Shown here one piece after another: positions 36,395 to 44,351 of a DNA stretch of 50,200 nt. Location: the NCBI GenBank assembly GCA_964368535.1, contig CAYJBC010000001.1, positions 9,800 through 59,999 of the forward strand, written 5' to 3'. The translations under genes were made by a program, and so were the position numbers. How positions within the stretch are numbered: position 1 is the first letter of the stretch; each line of letters begins with the position of its first letter. This DNA comes from an uncultured Muribaculaceae bacterium (GTDB taxonomy: Bacteria; Bacillota_I; Bacilli_A; RF39; UBA660). The notes under the pieces were generated by a model. It did no database searches. It had not been told where the DNA came from and saw nothing but the letters and a program-made list of their open reading frames with translations.

Positions 36395-37986
36395 TAATTT
36401 ACAGCATATGGGTCATTCCATGTACCACTTCCAGTTATTCTTACTGTAGGTTTAAGTGCAATGACTGGTCTAATATCTAGAAAGTCATAATTATCACTAC
36501 TAACTGAAATGCTTTTTTGAATAGATACACTGTTCCAGATACTTGATGTTTGTGATAAACCATTTGAATCTTCATACCTTCTAAATCGTTGATTATAATC
36601 AGTATAAGTCCAGTATTCATTATTAGAAGCTATGTGATTTGCAATGTTGTCATCTAGAGCACCTACATATAGTGCTTCATCACCTGTGATGGAGCCAATC
36701 GGATATATCAAAGAGGAATTACCTTTTTCAATATCATTATATGTATTACTTGATTCTTTATTTACACAAACCATAGATGGGGTTTGCGGGTAGCGGCTAG
36801 TGAATGCATAATCTTTTTCAGTACTATAATAATTACCACCACCTGGGGCTACACCACTATGCCAATCTCTAATTTTGTGATTATCGTAACAGTACAAAGC
36901 ATCATTTATATAAGAATCAAAATTTTCCTCAAATATGTATTGAACGTACCATTCTTCTAAAACATTACTTTGGTTTCCGTGTGTTGTTTCTGCAATACTT
37001 GTATCATTTCCGGTTTTATAGATTTTTTCTGACTCTGTTGGTGGTGTAATTCCCGAATACAATAATTTTATTGCCCCGTTACCATCAATTCTTAATATTT
37101 TCCAATAAAATCCAGCAAATGTAAGCCAATTATTTTCTACAGCACCCCTATAAAAATATGTCGTTCCATAATCATCATCCGCTGCATACATACCATTTGC
37201 AATTTCATATCTGCTACTCGGATTACTATCATATTCACTTTGAGTTACAGGTATTTTAGTAACATCAAAAGTTTTGTTTTTTATACTTTGCTCTCCTCCG
37301 TTATCTGCTAATATTTTTCCATATATCGGGTAAGTAAAATGTTCTTTGCTTAAGTAAACTTCTGATTCAAAATTTTTACCCATGTTATTTGATTGATCTG
37401 CATCAAGATTAACAAAAATAACTTCAAAATTCCAGTTTTGTACTGTTGGATTATTTGAATCATTATTAGTAATTGAATAATTTTCTTTTATATTAATTAC
37501 ATCATTATATGTGGTAATATCAAATCCTTTTAATGTGTTTCCATCTACGTCGATTATAGTTTTATACTCCAGACCTTCTAAGAATGTTATTTCTGTATTA
37601 CTAGGATCTATGATTTTTAATAACAATTCTGGAGTATCGTTTCCTTGTGTGTATATAAAATTATTGCTAGAAACGTAGTAATATACGTTATATGTCTGAC
37701 TAGCTGAACCAACTGATTCGCTTGATTTTAAAGTCGCAACTGAGTTCGCTGAGTCTTTTAATGTTCCCTCGGTCATCGAAAAGTTTTCTAACGTCGCGTA
37801 AACATTTACTTTTTCCCCATTAGAAAATGATAAACCTTCAATTTTTTCCGAACCAGAAAACAAACTGGTTTCAGCACCAACTGATGATACTACAAAAAAA
37901 TATGCAAAAGATACCGCTATTGTTATTATACTCAAAATAAGTATACTTAGAAGTATAATGTTTTTTCTAGTCCTACAAAATTTCAT
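36394..37986 (-). CDS. Paralog P5: same N-module plus class-B C-module
   Basis: Start at ATG 37986 (MKFCRTRKNIILL...). Motifs: VSFAYFFVVS, VGSASQTYNVYY, TPELLLKII, GFDITT, VQNWNFEVIFVNLDADQSNN, DDYGTTYFYRGAVENNWLTFAGFYWKILRIDGNGAIKLLYSG. C-terminus IRPVIALKPTVRITGSGTWNDPYAVN. Confidence 0.6.
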   Translation of the reverse strand: MKFCRTRKNIILLSILILSIITIAVSFAYFFVVSSVGAETSLFSGSEKIEGLSFSNGEKVNVYATLENFSMTEGTLKDSANSVATLKSSESVGSASQTYNVYYYVSSNNFIYTQGNDTPELLLKIIDPSNTEITFLEGLEYKTIIDVDGNTLKGFDITTYNDVINIKENYSITNNDSNNPTVQNWNFEVIFVNLDADQSNNMGKNFESEVYLSKEHFTYPIYGKILADNGGEQSIKNKTFDVTKIPVTQSEYDSNPSSRYEIANGMYAADDDYGTTYFYRGAVENNWLTFAGFYWKILRIDGNGAIKLLYSGITPPTESEKIYKTGNDTSIAETTHGNQSNVLEEWYVQYIFEENFDSYINDALYCYDNHKIRDWHSGVAPGGGNYYSTEKDYAFTSRYPQTPSMVCVNKESSNTYNDIEKGNSSLIYPIGSITGDEALYVGALDDNIANHIASNNEYWTYTDYNQRFRRYEDSNGLSQTSSIWNSVSIQKSISVSSDNYDFLDIRPVIALKPTVRITGSGTWNDPYAVN

Positions 37987-38018
37987 ACATATCCTCACTA
38001 TCATATTAATATTATCAT
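37987..38018 (-). promoter_or_regulatory. Conserved 32-nt promoter/leader box, copy 2 (P5)
   Basis: Minus strand reads ATGATAATATTAATATGATAGTGAGGATATGT followed by ATG. Confidence 0.5.
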
Positions 38019-38058
38019 AATTAAATAAAAAAATAAACATGTTAATTTATATATATTT

Positions 38059-39219
38059 TTAATTTACATTATATATATCTCTAGTATATACTTTGTTTAA
38101 CACATCAAGCAGATCATTATTCATTCTATTTGCAATAATCAAATCACTGCTTGTCTTAAACAATTTTAAATTATTGACCAATTTAAACTCTACTGCTTCT
38201 TTTAACAAAGGTTCGTAAACTAAAACATTTATTTTGTTTTTTTGTAACTTCTCTATTATTTTTAATAAAACACTTGATCTAAAATTAACAGAGTCTTTTT
38301 TCATATTTATTCTATAAACCCCAACAGTAGATAAATTCATATTTATTACTCTCTTTACAATGTAGTCAATTCTAGTATCATTTGATGTAGTAATTGAATT
38401 TATAATTCCATCACCTAAGTCTCGAAAATTTCTTGTTAATTCTTCAGTATCTTTAGGTAAACAGTACCCTCCATAACCAAACGATGGATTATTGTAACTG
38501 TTCCCTATTCTTGGATCAAATGCCATTCCGTCAATTATATTTTTTGAATTCATACCTTGTTTTTCTGCTAACATATCTAATTCATTAAAAAATGCTATTC
38601 TCATTGCTAAATATGCATTACTAAACAATTTTATAGCTTCGGCTTCTTTATTTGAAGTATATAAAATGTCTATTTTTTCTTTTAATGCGCATTCCTTTAA
38701 TATGGAAACAAACTTTTGAGCATCTTTATTTTCTCTAGACATTACTATTCTAGAGGGATATAAATTATCATATAATGATTTACTCTCACGTGAAAATTCT
38801 GGAGAAAACATAATTTTATCAGTATCGAATAATTCACACATTTCGTCAGTAAAACCGATTGGAACGGTGGATTTAATTATTATATTTGATGACACATTAA
38901 CTTTATTTATATCAATTAATATTTTTTTGATTGAACTTGTATTTAATTGTTGTTTTTTTAAATCGTAGTCAGTTGGAGTGCATATCACCACATATTCAGC
39001 ATTTTTGTATGCTTCACTTTTATTTAGTGTTGCTTTAATGTTTAAATTTTTATACTCTAAAAAATGTATAATATCATTATCAAGTATAGGAGATATTTTT
39101 TTATTTAATAAATCTACTTTATTTTTGTCTATTTCTAAAATTGTAATTTCATATTTTTGTGATAACAGCACTGCAAGAGATAATCCCACATATCCCATTC
39201 CTACAATTGTTATTTTCAT
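38059..39219 (-). CDS. ugd: UDP-glucose 6-dehydrogenase
   Basis: 386 aa. N-terminal Rossmann motif KITIVGMGYVG and the catalytic-Cys motif FGYGGYCLPKD. The start overlaps the GT2 stop as ATGA. Confidence 0.88.
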   Translation of the reverse strand: MKITIVGMGYVGLSLAVLLSQKYEITILEIDKNKVDLLNKKISPILDNDIIHFLEYKNLNIKATLNKSEAYKNAEYVVICTPTDYDLKKQQLNTSSIKKILIDINKVNVSSNIIIKSTVPIGFTDEMCELFDTDKIMFSPEFSRESKSLYDNLYPSRIVMSRENKDAQKFVSILKECALKEKIDILYTSNKEAEAIKLFSNAYLAMRIAFFNELDMLAEKQGMNSKNIIDGMAFDPRIGNSYNNPSFGYGGYCLPKDTEELTRNFRDLGDGIINSITTSNDTRIDYIVKRVINMNLSTVGVYRINMKKDSVNFRSSVLLKIIEKLQKNKINVLVYEPLLKEAVEFKLVNNLKLFKTSSDLIIANRMNNDLLDVLNKVYTRDIYNVN

Positions 39220-39980
39220 TTTTTGCTCCTTATAATTCTTTTTTTTGTTGCATTGAATGCATAGTGAACAAACACATATATCGAATATATTAAATGTAAT
39301 TTTTCTACTTTTCTATATATATACCACGTTCTTTTTATGGCTTTTAATTTATTTGATGACAATGAATTATTATGTACTCTATAATATGTAAGGCTTCTAG
39401 ATATTCCATAAACATAATCCTCTTTTTTTAATACATTTAGCCAAGTAGCAAAATCTTGTCCTCTTTTTATGTCTGGCATTTTCAATATTTTTTTATTTAT
39501 TTTTTTTATATTAACCATAACTGTTGATGGGCATATAATAGTGTTTTTCAAAAGTTGATTGTAATTTATTTTTTGGGGAATTTTTACTATTTTTTGTGTT
39601 TTATCACCATTTGCTTTGATGAATTCATATCTTGTAAATGTGAAATTTAAATTATTTTTGATCATTATATCTAATTGAGTTTTTAATTTATCTTTGTGCC
39701 ATACATCATCTGCATCTAGAAATGTTATATATTCTCCTGTTGCTTTTTTTAATGCAATATTTCTTGCTTTAGCAACACCCATATTAGTTTTTAAATTAAT
39801 TAAAAATATTTTATCTGTCAAATTTTTTTCTATTATTTTTTTACTGTTGTCAGTTGAGCAATCATTTACAATAATGATTTCAAAATTTTGATAACTTTGA
39901 TTTATAACTGATAATATTGTTTCTTGTATATACTTTTCGTCATTATGTACTGGTATAATTACACTTATTAATTTTTTCAT
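39216..39980 (-). CDS. Family-2 glycosyltransferase (GT-A fold)
   Basis: 254 aa. ISVIIPVHNDEKYIQETILSVINQSYQNFEIIIVNDCSTDNS and the DADD (DxD) motif. No obvious TM. ATGA overlap with the upstream gene. Confidence 0.88.
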   Translation of the reverse strand: MKKLISVIIPVHNDEKYIQETILSVINQSYQNFEIIIVNDCSTDNSKKIIEKNLTDKIFLINLKTNMGVAKARNIALKKATGEYITFLDADDVWHKDKLKTQLDIMIKNNLNFTFTRYEFIKANGDKTQKIVKIPQKINYNQLLKNTIICPSTVMVNIKKINKKILKMPDIKRGQDFATWLNVLKKEDYVYGISRSLTYYRVHNNSLSSNKLKAIKRTWYIYRKVEKLHLIYSIYVFVHYAFNATKKRIIRSKK

Positions 39981-41203
39981 TCTTTTATTTTACCATAAAA
40001 TACTTCTCTGTCCACTAAAATTCCAAGTAACATAAAATATAGCGGAGCAACTTGAATATAAGATATGTTGAATAAAATTTGGATAAAGTAACCTATACAT
40101 GCTAAAAAAACGCAGAAATTATATGGACATTTATTTGTTTTTATTGATTTGTAGTATATAGAGATAGTTAATAGTAAATAAAGTATCAAAGAAAATAATC
40201 CTCTTGTTATCAATATTTGTATAATATCACTATGAGCTTTACTAACATACCTTGGTGGATTAGCTATAAGAATTGGTTCTCCTTTATTTACGAACATAAA
40301 ATTATCTATTCCTAAACCCGTTAGCAAATAATTATCAGCATGTTTAAATGTTTCGGTGTAAATATACCCTCGGTTTGTTCCTACATTAGTGATATTGTTT
40401 ATGTTTTGCCCTGTTTCTGAAGTTTCATTTACTAATTTAACTACCTCTTTAAATAAATTATTATCTAAGAACAACCCTATTATTATAAAAATCATTAGCG
40501 ATATTAAATATAAAATTATTGCCTCTTTAAATTTCTTTTTATATATTACGAACAAAAATATTACTACTAATCCAATTAAACCACTAGTTGATATTGATAT
40601 TAATATAGAAAAAATATAGATTATACAAAAACATAAATGCAAAAGATTTTTTTTTATGCAATATAAACCAATGGATAAACCTGCGCCTAGGATGGAAAAG
40701 CATGCAAATAAATTGCTGTTTAAATATATACTTGAATAAAATTTATCTTCTGGAATTGCAAACCCTAAACCTAAAATTTGGAGTATTAAACAAATGAAAC
40801 TAAATATCCCAACAATCACAAAGGTATATATCAACTTTTTTTTGTAAAATCTACTTAGTGTTGTAGATAATAAAAATATAAAATAGTATGATGACAATGA
40901 TAATATACCTTCATACCATCCTGCCAATCCCCATATAGAAATTTGGGGATTATATGCAAAAATTGTTGTACAAATATTTAATATAATCAATATAAATACA
41001 AATATATCATGTTTTGTTATTTTTTTAACCTTAAATAACATAGCGATTATGTATATTAACAATGCTATTGCTCCTATAAAATATAAGATATAAGAAAAGT
41101 GTTTTAAATCTAATTCGCCTGTTGCTATATAATAATTTAATATTTGAAATAATATTATTACTCCAATGAAAAAAATATATACTATTTTGTTATATATTTT
41201 CAT
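39977..41203 (-). CDS. O-antigen ligase/polymerase family (Wzy_C-like) polytopic membrane protein
   Basis: About 408 aa with 10 or more TM segments. An external loop NRGYIYTETFKHADNYLLTGLGIDNF...SKAHSDIIQILITRGLFSL resembles the R...G.G..F...H(N/S)..LQ...E.G pattern of WaaL/Wzy/PglL-type proteins. The ATG at 41203 overlaps the P6 TGA as ATGA. Confidence 0.72.
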   Translation of the reverse strand: MKIYNKIVYIFFIGVIILFQILNYYIATGELDLKHFSYILYFIGAIALLIYIIAMLFKVKKITKHDIFVFILIILNICTTIFAYNPQISIWGLAGWYEGILSLSSYYFIFLLSTTLSRFYKKKLIYTFVIVGIFSFICLILQILGLGFAIPEDKFYSSIYLNSNLFACFSILGAGLSIGLYCIKKNLLHLCFCIIYIFSILISISTSGLIGLVVIFLFVIYKKKFKEAIILYLISLMIFIIIGLFLDNNLFKEVVKLVNETSETGQNINNITNVGTNRGYIYTETFKHADNYLLTGLGIDNFMFVNKGEPILIANPPRYVSKAHSDIIQILITRGLFSLILYLLLTISIYYKSIKTNKCPYNFCVFLACIGYFIQILFNISYIQVAPLYFMLLGILVDREVFYGKIKE

Positions 41204-42753
41204 ATTGTGCAAACATTCATTGATGGTTCCCCTATTGTATATGGGTCATTCCATTGGCCTGTACCATTAAATGTTATGTTAGATTGTAATGAAACAACTG
41301 GTCTTATATGCAAATTATCTGATATATTGAATTCCGCTATACCCCCAGTATTCGAACTAACACCAGTTAAAAATCCTTTTGTAGGTGAGTTGTAAGACAC
41401 TTCTATTTCCATTGGTGTCATAGTAGTAAAATTAATGCCAGTTCCTAAATAAGTTAACATTACGTCTTCAATTGTAGGCATTCCAACTTTATAAGTAAGT
41501 AAACCATTACCGTTTGTAGTATCTTCTACTGTGAAACTGTCTTCTTTATTTGAACAATTGTAATTAAAGTTTATTGGTCCATTGTTAAATAAATAATATC
41601 CATCAAAATAATGCCAATTCCAAAAACTGCCTGATGTTTCATATATGTACTCTTTATTATTACAATATATTGAATCTGCTATATATTGATCATAGGAATT
41701 TAAATTAGTAGTATACCACTGATCTATTAAATTTTTAGTATCGCTATTTAAATAATTCATTGTATTTAACGTTACTGTAGCGTCTGAAGAATATTTCGAT
41801 TCACCTATGCTGGTTTGAGTCCCATTAATACCTAATTTTTCTGATTCTAATGGGGCTGTTTGACCCGCATATATCATCCTTATAGTTCCATCCCCATTTA
41901 TTCTCAAAATTTGCCAATATAAATCAGCAAACTTAACCCATTTATTCTCTGACTGTGCAACATAAAAATATGATGTTCCGTAATCGTCTGCGGCAGAGTA
42001 CATTTCCTTGAAATTTCCACCAGACATATCTTCATCATTTATATTTATTATATTCGAGCTTCCGCCCTGAGATAATATAATACTTTCACTCGCAGTAATT
42101 GCTCCGGAAGTCAATTTATCTTCTTGTAAAATTAGTGTTGATGATAAAGTTTTACCTTCATTTGCTACCTGATCAGAATTTAAATTCACAAATGTTATAA
42201 TAACTTTCCAGTTTTGAGTAGTACCAATTTCTGAATTAGCTGTCGATATTGCATAGTCTTCTGCAATCTTTACTATACAATTTTTTGTTGTTATATCAAA
42301 TCCTTTTAGCTCTTTTCCTTTAACATCTGTGATACTTTTATAAACTAATCCATCTATGCTTTCTATCTCCGTACCACTAGGATCAATTATAGACAATAAT
42401 ATTTCTGGATTATTGTTATCAATAGTATATTCAAAATCGTTACTATTGATATTAAAATAAACATTATATTTTTCTGTTGCTGAACCCAAAGCAGAATCAG
42501 CGATTAAAGTGGCACTTGACGTTGTCTCAGCCTTGATACTTTCATCTCCTGTACCAAAATTTGTTTGATTAGCTGTTATATTAATCGGTGTTCCTGGTGT
42601 AAAAATAAATTTTTGGGATATCTCACTTTTTAAATCCACATCGGTACTTGCCGGATTAGCTATTGATGCTACAAAATAAGCTAAACTAGTTGTTAAAACT
42701 AAAACACTTCCAATTAATACTGCTAATAAAATTTTTCTTTTATTTAATTTCAT
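41200..42753 (-). CDS. Paralog P6: same N-module plus class-B C-module; first gene of the glycosylation operon
   Basis: Start at ATG 42753 (MKLNKRKILLAVL...). Motifs: TSLAYFVAS, FTPGTPINI, LGSATEKYNVYF, NPEILLSII, GFDITT, TQNWKVIITFVNLNSDQVANEGK, DDYGTSYFYVAQSENKWVKFADLYWQILRINGDGTIRMIYAG. C-terminus IRPVVSLQSNITFNGTGQWNDPYTIG plus an 11-aa tail. Confidence 0.6.
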   Translation of the reverse strand: MKLNKRKILLAVLIGSVLVLTTSLAYFVASIANPASTDVDLKSEISQKFIFTPGTPINITANQTNFGTGDESIKAETTSSATLIADSALGSATEKYNVYFNINSNDFEYTIDNNNPEILLSIIDPSGTEIESIDGLVYKSITDVKGKELKGFDITTKNCIVKIAEDYAISTANSEIGTTQNWKVIITFVNLNSDQVANEGKTLSSTLILQEDKLTSGAITASESIILSQGGSSNIININDEDMSGGNFKEMYSAADDYGTSYFYVAQSENKWVKFADLYWQILRINGDGTIRMIYAGQTAPLESEKLGINGTQTSIGESKYSSDATVTLNTMNYLNSDTKNLIDQWYTTNLNSYDQYIADSIYCNNKEYIYETSGSFWNWHYFDGYYLFNNGPINFNYNCSNKEDSFTVEDTTNGNGLLTYKVGMPTIEDVMLTYLGTGINFTTMTPMEIEVSYNSPTKGFLTGVSSNTGGIAEFNISDNLHIRPVVSLQSNITFNGTGQWNDPYTIGEPSMNVCTI

Positions 42754-42785
42754 ATTATACCTCGCTATCATGATAATTTTATCAT
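42754..42785 (-). promoter_or_regulatory. Conserved 32-nt promoter/leader box, copy 3 (P6 operon)
   Basis: Minus strand reads ATGATAAAATTATCATGATAGCGAGGTATAAT followed by ATG. TGaTAAAAT looks like an extended -10. This copy also contains the palindrome ATGATAA-AA-TTATCAT. Confidence 0.5.
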
Positions 42786-42825
42786 AAAATAATAGAAAAA
42801 TATATATTATTATTTGCTTTTATTC

Positions 42826-42856
42826 AAATAAAAAAATTGATTTTACAATCAATTTA
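42826..42856 (-). terminator. pyk rho-independent terminator
   Basis: 9-bp stem AAATTGATT/AATCAATTT (42834-42842 and 42847-42855) with a 4-nt loop. Followed on the minus strand by TTTTATTTG. The stop codon is in the stem. Confidence 0.65.
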
Positions 42857-44266
42857 TTTTATAATTTCTATTTTCATTAAATTTGTTGGTTTAATTTCCT
42901 TAGTATTTGGGAAATTACCAGTCGTAACTACTATGTCTCCACTTTGTAATTTCATTGTTTCTTTTGCTTTATTTAAACTTTCCGAAAGAATTTCATCAGT
43001 TGAATTACATACTTTTAGAGTTGCTGGATATACTCCCCAGTTAAGAGCAAGTCTTCTTCCAACTTTTTCATCTGTAGTAAGTGCAAGAATAATAGATTTT
43101 GGCTTTAAATTACTAATCATTCTTGCAGTTGAACCACTCATAGTAGTTGCACAAATTAAATTAGCATTTAGTCTATTAGCACTTGATACAACAGATTCAG
43201 CAATTGATGTTGGAATATCCATAACTTTATTTGTATTTGTTATATAATCGAAATCTGCATAATTTTCAGCAGTAGCACAAATATTAGCCATAGCTCTAAC
43301 AGTTTCAACTGGATGTTTACCAATTGTAGTTTCTCCTGAAAGCATAACGGCATCTGTTCCATCAAATACTGCATTTGCTATATCAGCAGTTTCTGCTCTT
43401 TTAGGTCTGGAATTTTCCATCATTGTTTCAAGCATTTCAGTTGCAACAATTGCAATTTTTCCTTTTTCTCTTGCTTTTTGTATCATTTGTTTTTGAACTA
43501 TTGGTAGCATTTCAGATGGTATTTCAGTACCTAAATCACCACGAGCAATCATTATACCTGCAGACTCTTCTAAAATTCCGTCTAAATCATCTATACCTAG
43601 TTGACTTTCAATCTTACAAATTATTTGCAAGTCTTCTCTTCCATGTTCTTTAATAATTTCCTTAATTTCTAAAACATCTTCTTTACTTGATACAAATGAT
43701 ATAGCTAAAAACTCTCCGCCATTTTCACAAGCATACTTAATATCTTCACGATCAATATCACTTACATATGGAATATCAAGTTTAATTCCTGGAGCACTCA
43801 TTGATTTCTTATTACCTAGTGTACCACCATTTATAATAGTACATGTAACACCATCTTCTTCTTTACTAATAACTTCTAATTTCATTTTAGCATTTTCTAA
43901 TAGAATAATGTCTCCTATTTTTAAACTATCAATTGCTCTAGAATGATTTACTGAAAATCTTTCTTCATTTCCTAAAACTTCTTCTTTAACTATTCTTATA
44001 GTTTTTCCTGCAACTAATATAATTTGTCCTGTTTCAGTCATTCCACTTCTAAATTCTGGGCCTTTAGTATCCCATAAAAGTGCAATATTTTCCCCTGTAA
44101 TTTTTCTTACTTCACGGACTGCATCTGTTGCTTCTTTTCTTTCTTCTTTTGTAGCATGAGTGAAATTTACTCTGGCAACATTCATACCAGCTTTAACCAT
44201 CTCAGTCATAACCTCTACTTTATTACTAGCAGGTCCTATACTACATATTATTTTTGTTTTTTTCAT
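42854..44266 (-). CDS. pyk: Pyruvate kinase
   Basis: Start at ATG 44266 (MKKTKIICSIGPAS). Motifs: NFTHA, DTKGPEFR, MIARGDLG, ATEMLETM. The track ORF is extended by 15 codons. Confidence 0.95.
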   Translation of the reverse strand: MKKTKIICSIGPASNKVEVMTEMVKAGMNVARVNFTHATKEERKEATDAVREVRKITGENIALLWDTKGPEFRSGMTETGQIILVAGKTIRIVKEEVLGNEERFSVNHSRAIDSLKIGDIILLENAKMKLEVISKEEDGVTCTIINGGTLGNKKSMSAPGIKLDIPYVSDIDREDIKYACENGGEFLAISFVSSKEDVLEIKEIIKEHGREDLQIICKIESQLGIDDLDGILEESAGIMIARGDLGTEIPSEMLPIVQKQMIQKAREKGKIAIVATEMLETMMENSRPKRAETADIANAVFDGTDAVMLSGETTIGKHPVETVRAMANICATAENYADFDYITNTNKVMDIPTSIAESVVSSANRLNANLICATTMSGSTARMISNLKPKSIILALTTDEKVGRRLALNWGVYPATLKVCNSTDEILSESLNKAKETMKLQSGDIVVTTGNFPNTKEIKPTNLMKIEIIK

Positions 44267-44292
44267 ACTATACTTCCCTTCAAACCTTACGT

Positions 44293-44321
44293 ATTTTATC
44301 ATAACATGCATTTAATTGCAA
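44293..44321 (-). promoter_or_regulatory. Candidate sigma-A promoter of pyk
   Basis: Minus strand reads TTGCAA (44321-44316), a 17-nt spacer ending TGa, then TAAAAT (44298-44293). Confidence 0.55.
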
Positions 44322-44351
44322 GTTTTAACAAAAAAAGCCATGATCTGGCCT

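Noticed and set aside
38019-38058. AACATGTT palindrome between ugd and the P5 box, considered as a ugd terminator
   Set aside because: The stem is too short and the loop too small for a stable hairpin, so I cannot tell whether ugd transcription terminates before P5.
23947-42753. Reading the P-family N-termini as type IV prepilin or competence pseudopilin signals, as lipoproteins, or as sortase substrates
   Set aside because: There is no G|F(T/S)L.E prepilin motif and no lipobox cysteine. There is also no C-terminal LPXTG or other sorting motif, and no SLH or choline-binding repeats. The hydrophobic segment ends in the SFAYF-type motif instead.
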